From: Lytechinus pictus
Taxonomy: Eukaryota
Direction of reading: 5' to 3'
NCBI RefSeq assembly: GCF_037042905.1
Contig: NC_087251.1
Location: 47,556,001-47,616,000, forward strand
Length of the DNA stretch: 60,000 nucleotides
This document shows positions 38,001-53,000 of the stretch, piece after piece. Under the pieces are notes generated by a model, which ran no database searches, was not told the DNA's origin, and was given only the letters and a program-made list of their open reading frames with translations. Position 1 is the first letter of the stretch; each line of letters opens with the position of its first letter. The translations under genes were made by a program, and so were the position numbers.

Positions 38001-41000
38001 TAGGAGAGCATCTGATGAATCTTGAGAGAGTAAGCTTACATCATTCCATGAATTGAGCTTTCCTAGGGATGGTTTAGCTTTGATGAGCTCCGAGACCAGG
38101 ACTAGGACTGCTGCTATAAATGGAGGCTGCTGCCAGCTACAAACTTGGAGTAGACGTTTCACGAAAGCCTGGCCAAAGATCAAACACAAAAAGATGTTAA
38201 AAGCTGGGTCAAACTACCAGGGAAGTGTTTCATGAGCGTCTAATCTGATTTTTCACCGACTTATTTGCCATAGATGCGAGGATTTCAGTAGCTTATGACA
38301 AATGGTCGGTGAAAGTTTGTTTCGTGAAATGCTTCCCAGGAGGCCCAGGGTTGGTTATAAGCTCTACATTAGAGTGTAGTCTTGAAAATAGTGTTTTGAT
38401 AAATTGAATATACTTTTTTTTTGTATATATCATGACAGTTGGATCTTCAAGGAGGGGAGGGGGCAGGAACTTAATTGGAATATCATTGTACGCATTTACT
38501 TGTTTTCATTTGTACACTCATTTACTTAACGTTAGCTTAGACCCTCAGAATACCATTCACTGCTGCTGAAGAGGGCCTTCTAGCCCATACGTGGAGAATA
38601 AATGAATGAAGTAAATTAAATAAAATATTGGCAGACAGATTTTCAAAGAATGATCTTGACCGACCTTGACCCTGTTCAGGACATCATCACTCTTGAGTGT
38701 TTGGTAGAGAAGGTTGAGGAACATGGCATGACGGGGAGACGATGAGAGGTGAGGGTCCAGAAGCTTACGGTACAATGCCGAGTAGAAACGATCCATGGTC
38801 GACTGCCTGAATCATGAAGCAAACAAAAAAAGTTTAAATAAGGATACCAGTGGTGCGAACAATTTGAAACTGAGTTTGAAGAGGATGCAATAAAATGGCC
38901 ACCCAAGTGAAGTCTGTTTATGACAGTACTGATAGCAACGTGATAGAACCTTATTAAATGCTCAACTGACCTTTTGTCTAAGACCTGCTTGATCAGTAGG
39001 AGAGCTTGGATGCTGGTGTTGAAGGTGGTTTGATGAACGACCTTGAGAAGAGTGTCCAGCTGCTCGTGGACCTTCTCATCTTCTGCAATATGTAAACAAA
39101 CATATAAACAATGTTAACACAGAATTGATTTATAGTGTAGAGTCTGAGACTGTGATCAAGACAATGATCCCGAGACTAAAACACAGACAAAACATGAAAC
39201 ACACAATTGCTATCTCAACACAGCTTCAAGACACCCAAAACTGAGAAATACAAGAACATGTAAAGCAGTGAAGTAACTTCACTAAACTGAGCCCCTTTTA
39301 TTAGTGTTTATCACAAATTATTTATAATACACAGTATGGTGCATACAAAATTCAAAAAATGTCAATGGAATTGATAAAACCAAACCAGAATGAACAAGAG
39401 TGTCGCTAAGGCGAGCACATAATACGCCCGTCTGTAACAAGGAAAATGGAGTTATTGGTCAAGCAAGAAAAGTGGAAGGTGGCGACTACACCTTTAACCT
39501 TCTGACCTCAAAATCAATAGAATTGCTAGGATCTATGCTAGTATCATACACATCAAATTATATGAGCCTAGATTAAGTTCAACTAAAGTTAACGCATTAA
39601 CAAGGACTTCGGAAGGGTAAGATGAAAACATGTTATTGTGACCTTGACCTGTGACCTTTTGACCTCAAAATCAATAGGCTTCCTGGGATCTAGTCTAGTA
39701 TCATACACACCAAATTATATGAGCCTGGATTAAGTTAAACTGAAGTCATCATGTTTACAAGGACTGCAGAAGGGTAAGATGAAAATATGTCAATGTGACT
39801 TTGACCTTTGACCTTTTGACCCCAAAATCGATAGGCTTCCTGGGATCCATGCTATTATCATACATACTCAATTATATGAGCCTAGGTTAAGTCAAACTGA
39901 AGTTATTGCGTTTACAAGGAAAGATTAACGGACAGACGGATGACGGACAGACACCGAACGTGATACCATAATACATCCCGTCAAGACGGGCGTATAAAAA
40001 TGGACAACGAGATATTGATGTTTAAGTTACAATTTCTGTGTGGAAATAGAAATATTAATTTAAAAAAAATAATAATAATAACAATAATAACAAAAATAAT
40101 AATAATGATAATAACAATAATAATGATGATAATAAAAGTGTAGGTGAAAGGCAATCTATTTTGATCAGTTCGTTGTACTGACCTTTAGAATAAGGAAATG
40201 CTCGATGTACACCAGTTATGACAGCAGACAACATCTTGTTATCAATCTTCTTTTGTTTGGTACAAGCCTGTCAAAGAAACAACAATGAAGGTCACAGAAA
40301 CAGCAATTCTGTCAAAAACTGAGGGAAGCATTTCGCCCAGGTTATGAGCACCGAACATGAACCACATGGTTACAGCATTACAACTAAATCACAGGACCTT
40401 GTTTCATACAACCGCTTGACAATCACGAGTTAAAATTGAAGTTTCTGCTTTTTACATTTCAGAAACCATTGGTTAGTTGTTGGTCATCTTTTGTACCTGA
40501 TTGCTATAAAGAAGACATGAACTTTTGTAAGTAAGCAACCCGAGGATTGACAGCTTATGATCCTCTTAGAGGTTGACCTTGTTATTGTATTAAGGCGACC
40601 GCACACCTTACGACTGGTCTGCGACCCGATTTTGGAACAAATCGCATTTTGCTCATTTTCTGAAGATGTGAATGGAACATATCATTTTATTTGAGGTTAA
40701 AATTAATTGAAATAATAATATTATAACAATTTTGAATGATTGCAAGCCCTTATTTTGGAGTAAAGTCCAAATTAGTTTCAAATCGTAGCCAATCGTAAGA
40801 CTGCTATGACGTCATTACGACTAGATATTAAATTCGCTTTTATTCTAAGAAGGATGATAGCATAGTCACAAATTTGATCATAGGTATTCGTACGATGATT
40901 TCGAACATTACACAGTAAGATATTCCAAGTCTCAATATTAGCATCAAATTCTATTACATTTTATTCTGAGAATGGGTCGCAGACCAGTCGTAAGGTGTGC

Positions 41001-44000
41001 GGTGGCCTTAAAATGCCATACCAAATGTTACAAGCATACTGACTTGGTATCAAAGTCGGGTCACCTGATTACGAGCCCATCATTTTACCAACTGAGTTGA
41101 TTGGCTGATACAGATATCTTTTAGAAATTTAGAATATGTTAACAGTCTTTATGAAAAGGTGCCCATTCATTTTTCTCCAGCACTATTGCAGACCTGCCAA
41201 CCTCTGGGAATGAAAAACTGTATTTTGTGATAAAAAAAAATTATTTTTCCCCCAAATAGTGTATTTCATAATAAAATGTGTGGCGCACTAGCTCTACGCA
41301 GCGCTCAAGCTGCATGCAAGCTAAAATGCGCACTGCTCTTGCAGATGAAAAAAAAAACATTGAAACATGTGTATATCTCACCCTGGTTTTGACAAAATGA
41401 TTGAAAAAAAAACAAGTTACCTCAAATTACATTGATCTAATAACCATATTTGTGTGAGTTTTATGAAATAGAGACATATAGAGATGATTTTTCTCAATAA
41501 ATTACGATTAAAAAAAAAAAAAAAAAAAAAAAAAATGTACTGCCGTATTTTGGTTGCAAAAACGTACTAAATACGCCAAAAACGTACAGGTTAGCAGGTC
41601 TGCTATTGGCAGTGATCCTTTCTTTATATTTTAAATGTTATACTCATGAATACTTTGTTGATATTATCATGAGGTTTCTAGCTATTCATTGAAATACCAA
41701 GTTTGACACTTTAAATCATCTGTATTAAGAATTCCATGAATGCAACAACTATCATTGTTATTTTTACTATTCATTATCTAAAACAATAATAACAATAATA
41801 ATAATACATATTACATCTTAAATAGCTGCTCAAGGCACTTCAGAGCAAATTAACAACATTATAATGTACCTTGAAGAATGATAAGTAGACAATGATGAGT
41901 TGGGTTGCAAGCAGATCCTCCTCTGGGTGTAAGACAAGCTGATTCAAGAAACATACAGCATAATATCTGTAACACAAAAATAAAATATAATGAAGGAAGA
42001 TATTACTTTCAGGTTATGAATGAGCATTGATCAAATGGGAAGTAGGGTTCAAATTCCTGATGATGACCAGAACACGCTGGTCGAAACGTCGTTAACAGTT
42101 CTTTTCAGAGCTAACATACAATCAAGAAAGAATAACAAACTGTCCTTTTCAGGACTACATACATGGTGTTTACCGTAAAAAAAACCTCCTTCATTGGCAG
42201 GATTTATTCCTTGAATGCCCTGAGCACTGGAAGTGAAAGGTAGAGATAAATAGGGGATAAGGTGCACCTGAAAGTAGATTAATCCAGACGGATGATGCTA
42301 TATATATGCTTGTTATTAGAGAGTAGATATCTCACTTTTTGACCATGTTGCTTGAGGTTTAGTTTCAAAGAGATGCCTATCAAATTGCTATACAAAACAT
42401 AATTTTGGAGAGTTATTTTGCATACTTACTGTGCTTTTGTGTTGATATTTGGTCTAAAGAGTAACTCTTCGACAGCTTGGACAACAACAATCTTCATCAT
42501 GGAATGAACATCAACTGCACGAAGGACAAAAAGAAAGTTTAAGATCACACAATTAGCAAATCATAAATTATTATAATCAGGAGGCAAATCTAATAAAAAT
42601 TTATACAAAAAATGATTACCTGTTATGATTTGTCTTGATGACAACATGTTTTATTGAAATACTTATTTGAAATATATCAATTACAAACATTTTATCCGAT
42701 ACATAGGCTCTTTTCATTATAAATAGGATAAATGACACAATGAAAACAAATATCTGCAACCATTAACAGGCAAATATGGTCAAATCAACTTCAATTCAAT
42801 TCAATCATCGAGATGCTCGTTACAAACACAAAAGATGACAAATGATAACAAAAAGATGAAAAAGAGAAGAGAAATAAAAGTATATCCATACCTAATTTTT
42901 GCAGCCAGTGAACAGCTTTTGAAGCGACCTTGTAATCAGGATCTCCAACCTTGTTTACAATCAACCTCAGTAACCTCTGAATAATATCAACAGGGAAATA
43001 AAGTATGAATAATTTAATACACCACCTCAGCCATACCATTACATCACCATGCTAAAAGATGTCTGCACTCTTTCAATAAGACTTAGCCTTGCAAGATAGC
43101 AACAGGAATTTTCTCCTCATTCACAAGGGAACTTCTCCCTATAAAAACATCTTTTCTAAAAAAGAATTTAAAAAAAAAAGGAATTTGATAAACAATAGTC
43201 TATTTAAAATGAGAAAAATTTCAGATTACAAAAATGAAAGATAAATGAAGTGTATATCCTTGCAGAAATGCGTTTGAAGTCCAAAAAATTCTTGCACATT
43301 TTTAATTCTATGAAAATTTCACATTATACTTCTCTATAAAATTGCGATGATTATGATTGAAGTATGACAAAATAATAAGCAGTTCTGGGGCCAGTAACAC
43401 AAACGTGAGCAATCATCATAAAATATTGAATTGACAAGAACGTACAATCAACTAAAAATCAAGTATACAATCAATCACTAACTGTTGTGATATGCGACCC
43501 TCAGTGGCGTACCTGGGATTTTTCACAGGGGGGGCAAAACCGACCGCCAAAAAATTTGACAAGCAAAAAAAAAAAAAAAAAAAAAAAAAGGGTCTTCAAG
43601 CTTGTCAGGGGGGGGGGGGCAGACTGCCCCCTCTGCCCCCCCCCCCCGTAGGTACGCTAGTGGCGACCCTGAAGAATTCAGTTTAAGAAAAATATTTGAT
43701 AGAAATATCATATCCAGCCGTGAAGGGATTGCCCATAACTAAAGCCTACACACATGATATATAACTTGGACTGACGTAAATTACAGAGGAGTTCACAAGT
43801 TAATACTGAATGAATGCTGAAATGACTCACCTTTTCTTCTTCTGGTCTATTAACTATCAACTCATAGCAACATGATAGAGCCTTAGCCTTGATTGCACTG
43901 ACGGTATCTTGAAGCATTTTCTGCCAAAAGTAAACAATTCCATTTATTCCTTCTCAACATAATTGCAAATCGGTAACATATAAACTTGAATGTCGGTATT

Positions 44001-47000
44001 AATTTCATTCATGGGACCACAGGAAGCAAACATTTGTTTCTTCAAAATGACCCCTGACAAAAATATGCAGTAGAAAATTAAATATTATGTGTATACATAA
44101 GTAATCATTAAGAGACATTTTTAATCGGGAAGTATAAAGATAAGGGACAAAGAGAAACATATCAATGAAGAATGAGAATTGAAAGAGGAAACATAACGAA
44201 AATCTTTAAAAAAAAACATCTACAACCAAAATTTTGTGGGAATTGGTTAATGAGGGGGGAGGGGGGCAAGATATTGCTGCATGAGTACTTTCTTAGCCCT
44301 GTTGAATCTATGTAAGTTGGCCTGGACTAAATATTCATGAACGAGGCCAGTTTTCACTTATTTCAATGGGGCCTGTGAAGTATTCAATGGGCTATACCTT
44401 GAGCAACCATGATCTAAACCATGTCAAATTGGTGTGTGGAGGTTTTTCATTATACTCTACTGGAATATAGTCGGAAAACTGCTGAAATAAACAAAAATAA
44501 ATTTGACGACATCATACTCAGGTACTCTATTCCATTAACCCTAAACTGACCGGGGGTTGAATCAACCCCCCCCTCAACATTTTCTGACCGCGCCACTCAC
44601 AGAGTTTATACTTTCAAGTCTCGCGCATCTTTTGAGACCAAATTTGCAACGCCCGGGTACGCGGTTCCGAAATTATGCAACATTTTGTAAGTGCATGTCA
44701 GACAAAAAATTGTTCCAAAACGTGACTTTGTTTACAAAGTCAATGCAAATTGAGTTTTCTCATCTTATTCATAAAGATATGATTATTTTTGCTTTAAACA
44801 GCTGAAATCAATTGATTTTAGCATAATTATGCTTCAAAAAAGGTTGTGCAATAAATCTGGTGAAAAAAACAAAGAAAAACAAAAGGTTGAAAAACATAGA
44901 AATACATAAGAAATTCATAAAATAATAAAATACATAAGAAATTGATTTCCAAACCGAAGTTTTTTTCAGTTGCGATTGTTAAGAATGCTACAAAGAATAT
45001 TTTTACCAAAAATTAGCATTCTAGGAGCTTTATTTAGTGAATTAGAGCAAAATGTATGATTTATGCATAAATTAGCATAATTAATTCATATTAAATAAAA
45101 TCTCATTATTTTGGAAAATTTTACCATACAGCCTTGTAGATTACATCGCACAGTACCAGCGTGCAAATTTTTGCGGCGCTCGCGCGATCGGCAGCCGAGA
45201 TCTCAGGGGGGGGGGGGGTCGAATCAACCCCCCCCCCCCCGGCCACAGAACAGCCAAAAAAGCCCGGCCTAGTTAGGGTTAAAGACGACCATACCTCTAT
45301 CAAATCTATGAGTGATCCATATTTCTGTTTCAGTTGATCCTCAAAGAACCATAATAAGACTTGTTTGTCACGACTCTGTCGATCCTTGCCACACTTCTTC
45401 TCTAGCTCTTCAAAGGAGTGCTGCTAAACAGTAACAGGAAAAAAAAGGACAGAAGAATATAACCAGGGTACCGGTTCATAACATGTTATAAATGGAAAGA
45501 CATAAGCTGCAGTTATCATCTCCTGAAATGGTGACTTTATATTGGCTGTGACAAGGAAGCAAAGTTTCACTTGGGTTGCATTTAAATGCTAAGTTTCTTG
45601 TGAATTTTATACTAAATACCTTACTGCACTGGATTTGTTTGACCATACTCAGCTGTGTGCTACTAACTAGGTAGCATTCAATGAGAGAATAAGATTACAC
45701 AACTATTAAAGGTACGCTTAAATCTTCATGATTCATCCTCTGAATACTTCTCTTCATTGTAATCATACATTCATTGTAGAAAAAGATTTGTTATGGGAGC
45801 ATCCCCTACCCCTAGTTAACTTGTGAATAAGATGACATATTTCGAAGCCTCAAAATGAGAAACAAAAAAAAAATGTCATTGTCCTACTTGTAAAAGGTAT
45901 CAAGAGTAGACTCATAGGAAATTGAAAAAAAAAAAATAGCTAATTCAATCTCATGAAAATAAAAGCTTACACAGTATTATGCCAAACTGGACAAAAGTAA
46001 CAGCTGTGAAATTGTATTCACACTTTTCTCACATAATTAACCTCATGTGTTAATGTGGACAATCTCACAGACTAAAGATTGTTTCAAGAAACAAGCCCAA
46101 CAGAGAATTTCAAACACAATATATGAAGTGACATCATGGCAAATCATACATCAATGCACACCTTACCTGTGCAAATGTCTTTAACTTTCTGTTGCTAGGC
46201 AACAACTCCTCAAGAAACAGCCTCTTGGCGGCATCCAACCCGATAAGGGCTTCCCGGCGCCCTTTCTTCCTCACCATGGCTAGCAGGGAGTCAAGGCTGA
46301 GGGGTGTGTGGATGGGAGCCCCCTGCACCTCCAGGGTCAGAGCCGCGACCTTGTCTGAGAGTGCCCCTGACTTGGCAACAGTCTGCATCCATCTGCTCTG
46401 GGAGCCAGACTCACTGCTTTTCTCTGCTCATAGGAAGTAGAATAAAATGAATTTTTAACAGCTGTAGCAATTTTCGCTCTGAGATATCAACCCAGGTGAC
46501 ACATTCTCCAAATAAACTTTACATTGAATGGAGAAAAAATATACGGTAGTTACCTCTGAGACTTTAGAAGTATGTTGCCTTAGGCTATAGTACCTTGTAC
46601 GGACAATGGCTATCAGAGCCTGAGAATGAAAGGCCACTCACAAGTGGCATACTATTATCACAATGAATTTACCTGTATTGTATATTCACATTCTAGCTGT
46701 GTTTTAATATATCTATAAACAGATGGATGTACAAAGACCACTCATGGTGTCTCTAGACAGGATGTCTTTATGGTAAGGTTTACTTTATACATGACTCTAA
46801 TAGGAAACCATAATTACAAGAAACATGCAATGTGGCCTTTACCACAGGTGATCCACACACCAAAGAAGGAGAGCGTCTCATCAACATATGTCATAATTGA
46901 CATGTTGTCAGATCTTACAAAGAGTTACGATTGATCCAATCAATCGTAACTCTATGGAAATCCACCATTGTCATAATTTTTCTACAGGAAATTTGCAAAA

Positions 47001-50000
47001 TGTCCTTTGTAAACAAAGGAGATTACACCAAATTGTCAAGAAATCAATGAATTTATGGATATACATTCATATCTAGATTTTTCTTTAAAATAAACATGCG
47101 TTTTATATGTTGACTTTGCTGGCCGTCCATAGTTACGATTGATCGGATCAATCGCAACTCTTTGTAAGACAGACAACCTTTCCTTGATTTTAATTGCCTG
47201 AGAAGCGCAGGTGGCTGATCAAAGATACTACAAGGGGAAGATCGGACAGTACATAGAGCGCGTAATGAAACGCTCGGGAAGAGCGCTCCACAGCGTTGAG
47301 TAAGTAACAACCTTTTTTACCATTGTGTATTGCGATATGATTGTGTACAAAACATATGAGAGAAATGGTGGAGGGATCATGGAATAGACGAGTTTTACAT
47401 TTCAGAATTTTTTTTATTCAACTTTTTTTTTCTTACATTAAAGATGAATATATTTCAGGTTTCTGGGTAAGAAAAGGTGGAATTATTCCCATGCGCCGCC
47501 CTTGAGCCCTCTCCCAAATCCCCTCTCTCATTTTCCCCATGTTTCATACACAGCCGCGTGCCGATGTGCGATTGTTCGCTTACTCAACGCTAGTGGGCGC
47601 CCTTCCCCATGAGCATTAATCGAGCGTTCCAAAAAATGGCTGAAGTGTCCGATCATCCCCTTGTAGTATCTCCGCTTTTATGCACCTTGTCAAAGTCAGA
47701 GCCCCTTCTTTCCTGCAAGAAGCTCTATACCAATCCTCACATTCCATTATCAATAAAACAATGAGATTGCACAAAATCTGCAATAGAAAGATGCAATAGC
47801 AGGTGGGTGTTTCATGAAGCTGTTCGTAAAGTTACGAACGACTTTACGCACGACTGGAACATGTTCTTAGGTCATTAATCAATTACATATAGGGATATCA
47901 CATAGCACAAGAAAGGATCACCAGTCGTGTGTAAAGTCATTTGTATCTTACGAACAGCTTTATGAAACACCCACCAGGGGAGCGTTTCATGAAAGGACTT
48001 GTCGGACGTTTTATCCGACAAACCCCGTTTTATCCGACAGTTACCACAGTAACAGTGCATCTCAGCCAATCAGAATGAAGGAAAGATGTCAGATCTGACA
48101 ACTTGTCGGACAAAAATGTTGATGAAACGCTCCCCCGGATTCTTGCTGCAAAGTCTATTGCGGGATATCAGTCAATCTTTATTAACTGTCCTAAAAAAAA
48201 AGCCATAACATATTGAAGCCCCTTGTGTGCTGTACAAAATCATCATCTTCCTCAATGCAAAGTTTTACATCCGGTTCAGTTCCCGTGAACGGGAGAGGCC
48301 GAATTCACCTTACACTGGCAGCAATCGCCCTTTAATATACCCCTTTAAAGCCTGTAAAAACCTGACATTGCAAGTTATCAGGGCCTGAAATCGGACTAAA
48401 GCCTTAAGACTGGCATCTTTGCTTTTGGCAAGTTGACAAGTAACTGTCTGATAAAACAAACAAGTCCTTTTAAAAACAGCTCCCCAAGCATGACTGTAAA
48501 TTGATAAGACACTCACTTGCGGCATGGTGTTCGACTTCCTGGTCGTATAACTTGGTAGCATAATCCAAATAAGATGAGACAACTGCTTCTGATGAAACCT
48601 GACTGCTTCCTACTTTCATGCCAACCTAAAAATAGTAAAGAGAAGGATTTTTGGAAAATATGTGTCCTGCATATGAAATATATTCAGTTAAATTTCATTG
48701 GTACATATGCGTAGATATAAATCCATATACTTGAACAGGGGAGAAACACTACATATTTACAACTACCATTTTTTTTTTTTGGGGGGGGGGGCAAAATCAT
48801 GAAGATGATTGTTTTGAAAATAAAAATATGTTTTGAAAGTAACTTCAATGAATGAAACAAGTAAAACTGCATAAACCATATAATGGTTTTAGGAATAAAT
48901 CTTTTTGAAGGGTATATTTCAATACCATTGTCCAAGTAGGATCTACTGAAATACATGTATTGTTATCAATGTGGAGGAGCCGTGGTGTAGTGGTTCTGAC
49001 TCTCGTCTTGTAAACAGAGGGTCGTGTGTTCGAATCCCATCGCGGTCTAGCGTCCTTTGGCAAGGCGTTAATCCACACTTTGCCACTCTCGACGCAGGTG
49101 CTAAATGGGTACCCGGTAGGATGTGAAAGTCATTGTAGCTTGTCCAGTACTGTGTGCGCCTCACAGGCGACTGACTGGAATACTCCCCAGGGAGTGGAGG
49201 ATGTGCACACATTGTGTGCGGGAATGACTGATTGAATCCGACGACCGGGGTAATAATATATCTGTAAAGCGCTTCTAAAGACACGTCGTTCCGATGGATT
49301 AAGCGCTATATAAAAAAGCGGATTATTATTATTATTATTATCTTTATGGACAAAACAAAATCAAGGTCAACAAAATACAATACAATGATATATATATGGA
49401 AGTAAGAGTATAACTACCACAGGATTAAAGATTCTACTTTACAGTACACGTTTGTTTTAAATCGGTGAATCAAGAAATTCTGATATTTCACCTGAATTGA
49501 ATGCCATTTGACGCCCGTAGGAAGCAGCATCGATGATGTCTTTGGAAGTTCAAAGGTCAAAGCTCCTTTCACCTTCAAAATTTTACTTTGCTTTTCTCCA
49601 AGAGAACTCTTTCCTTTCTGTTCTCTAATTGCAGTCCTATCATCAGCATTGGTAAGGAGTTTTTTGGCCTTATTCTGATCTTGATTTTCCTTCAGTTTGT
49701 CCTTTTTCTTCTTCTTTTTCTTGTTTTTGCTGGGTAAAGTTGTACTGGATGGAGGTGTACTTGATGCAGAACTGTCCTTTGAAGATTGAGATTTTTCTTC
49801 AACTGCTTTGTCCACTCTTTGAATTTTGCCTTTCTTCTCTGTTTTCTTCTTTAGCGGTTTTTTGTTCTTTTGCTTCGATGTCTTATCTTGTTTAATGGAA
49901 GATTTTGAAATATCTTTGAACCTGGAGTAAATAGAAAGAGTACAAGTATCAAAATAACACGTCCACTTTGAGTTAAAAATGCTCTATAAAGGTAGTCTAT

Positions 50001-53000
50001 AAAGGAGTGGAATGCCTCTGGCGGTCTCACCTGCATCACACGATTCAATATAGTAGCAGTGCTGACTTTGAAAACTACTATAAAATAATTATTCACAAAA
50101 AACACCATTCATATAATGATACAATACTACGTTCATTGACATTTGACCTTGATCATGTGACCTAAAACTTGTCAGTGATACTTGATTACCCCTATATCCA
50201 CATTTTATACACTATATCTATAAACTTTGAAAGTTATGACAGCAATCTAATGATTACCTCTAAAATGGCCAAAGTTCAATGAACTTAAATGACCTTTGAC
50301 ATTGGTCATGTGACCTGAAACTTTGACGGGATCTTGATTACTCTTATGTCCAAGTTTCATGAATCAGATCCATAAACTTTCAAAGTTATTATGGTAATTC
50401 AACAGATACCCCCATACTGCCAAAGTTCATTGACCTTTGACGTTGGTCATGTGACCTGAAATTCGCAAAGGATGTTCAGTGATACTTGATTACTCTTATG
50501 TCAAATTTTTATGAACTAGACCAATATACTTTAAAAGTTATGATGGTAATTCAACAAATACCCCCAGAATGAAGGTTAAGTGAAAAGTTGAGCACAATAG
50601 TCATTTTAAAGTTCTGTGTACTTTGACCCCACAATCTCTTAAAAAATGTATTTTGTTGTATTGTGAAAGATGACTTTGAAAGTATGACTACGCACTACCA
50701 TCATAAAAGTCAGAATAAGCAATAGAATACCATCTATATGGTTAATAAGATTTTCAAAACTATCATAGTTATCATACATACATGTTTCTTTTACCCCCTT
50801 TAAAAAAGATTTCTGTTTAAAGTGTTCAGTCACATTGCCATTATTATTTTTTTTTATCACACTTCACTGCTTACCTGTCAAGTTTAAGTTTTCTGATGAC
50901 ATCATTGATTTCAGAAGCTGGGATATCTTCTCCATCTCCAATGTCTGCAGTCTCCATTTCTCCACCATCATCATGGATACTGCTCATTAACCCAGACAAT
51001 TCCTCCTTTGCAAAGAGAAAAAAAAAATCAACAATGGATTGAATTAATTAGTGAGATGACCAAGTAACTTTAATAGATCAAGGGTTCTTAAAGGGGAAGT
51101 TCACCCTGTCCCTGAAGAAAAAAATGTTGTAAAAATACCAGAAAAATAATAAAAAATATTGGTGAAGGTTTGAAAAAAATCCATTAACGACTGAGAAAGA
51201 TAAAGGAATTTTAGGTTTTTGATTTGTGGCGTCACATACGAGAAGCAGCTAGCTACCCCATACCTTATGGCTTATGACTTATGCACTCAAGGGTTAATTA
51301 CATGCCGCCACGCACAGATCAAGCCATAGAAGTTGTGTGTTGTGGTCTGGATGCCAGAAGTGGCGTCGCAGCTAGTTAGAAATCCACTGCCAAACGCAGT
51401 TCTTAGTGCGAGGTTAGTATAGTATTACTAATCTAGCAGTCGTTTCAGTGTGCCATATGTAACATCCAAAGCATAAAATTTCAATTTTTTAATGGTTTGT
51501 GATCTTAGGGACAGGTGTGAAATGAATAAGATTTGTCTGAAAGAAGCCAAAGACAGTTTGCCAAAGTACAATAAAAACAATACAATTTTCCATTTTCTAG
51601 GAAAATGACATTTAATTTATTTTTTTACCATACTTACGATATATAGGTAGGCACTTCAGGTGAATATTAGGAAAGGCTGTTCCAGCATGTTTTATATGCT
51701 CACAATGAGGCTCAATATCTACGATTCATAAAACTGTTTGAATTTTCAAATTCCAACTCCCAGAAGTCAAATTATTGTCATCTTTGTGATACAAATACAG
51801 GGCTTTTTGTGGACAAAAGACGATTGCATAATCTTATTATTCTGTTTTGGGCATGGCACACTTATAATACATTGCTTATAGGGAATGTACATATATGCTT
51901 TTCATTTAATCTTTTAAAAGTTTTTGTGCAATGATTTCAACATATCATTAATGGTCTACCTAGTCATTGTTCATCATAGTTATACTTGTCTACAGATTTT
52001 TGATATTCATAATTACTAATTAATTTTTAATTAAGACAAAAGACATAATTAAGAAATAGCCTTTTAATGTACTTATTTTAATTTAATGGGCAAATTAAGA
52101 AAAATGGGGGGCCTAAAAGTACTCAGATTGATTTGGCATATTGGCATATGATTTCATTGGTTCAAGGGCAACTACCCCTGGACGATTACCCCCCACCCCC
52201 ACCCCCCCCCCCAGACAATTACACTGTACCCCTATCCAACAATCTACATCTAACCCTATTTCAGGGGTAATTGTCCTGTGGTATAGGTTTTTGCACATGG
52301 TAAACATGACTTGATATGGATTTCTTTTGCTTGAACATTAGAAATTAAATTTTCAATGAATATAATTCGAAATCAAAGAAAGAGAATTAAAATAATAATC
52401 TTAGGATTTTTAGACAGATTGATTTCAATAGTTTATTATCTCATTATTGTCTCATTATTCTTGTCACAATTATCATTATAATTATAATTATTACAATCAT
52501 AATTATCATGATTTTTATTATTATTATTTTTATTATAATTTTCATTATCATATTAAAATCTATTGTTGTCTTTTTAATATTGTCTCAATAATTATTACAA
52601 TTATAATAATTATAATTGTTATCATTATAAAAATTATAATTATTTTATAATTGTAATAATGATTATTATTCTTATTATCATTAGGCCTATAATAATAATT
52701 ATTATATTATAATTATAATTATTTTTATAATAATAATTATTATTGTAGTATCAAAAAGAGGAAAAGTTAGACGTCTCTGTCGCGTTCGTGTTGGTATCGA
52801 TAGGCCATTTTGTTTTCAATTTTGACAGGAGAATGACCGAGATCGAGACAGAACATTTCTTTTTTTTGAGGGTCCAGTTTGTGCCTCGATGTCAGGATTC
52901 TGTGTCACGATAGACCTTCAACCATATAATCGAGGTAAGTGCATAATTTATTTTTTCCCCTTTTATTTGGAGTGCTATTGCAATTTTGGAGAGTATATGT

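Noticed and set aside
48250..48500. scaRNA guiding U5 loop 1 (CUUUAG / AAGGGCGA on the minus strand)
   Set aside because: Short complementarities without an H or ACA box at the required 14-16 nt spacing; several small hairpins only
52430..52750. ORF 52447-52650
   Set aside because: (AAT/ATT)n low-complexity tract
52767..52808. Alternative CEBPZ start (ATGGCC on the minus strand)
   Set aside because: Stop after 13 codons and no donor
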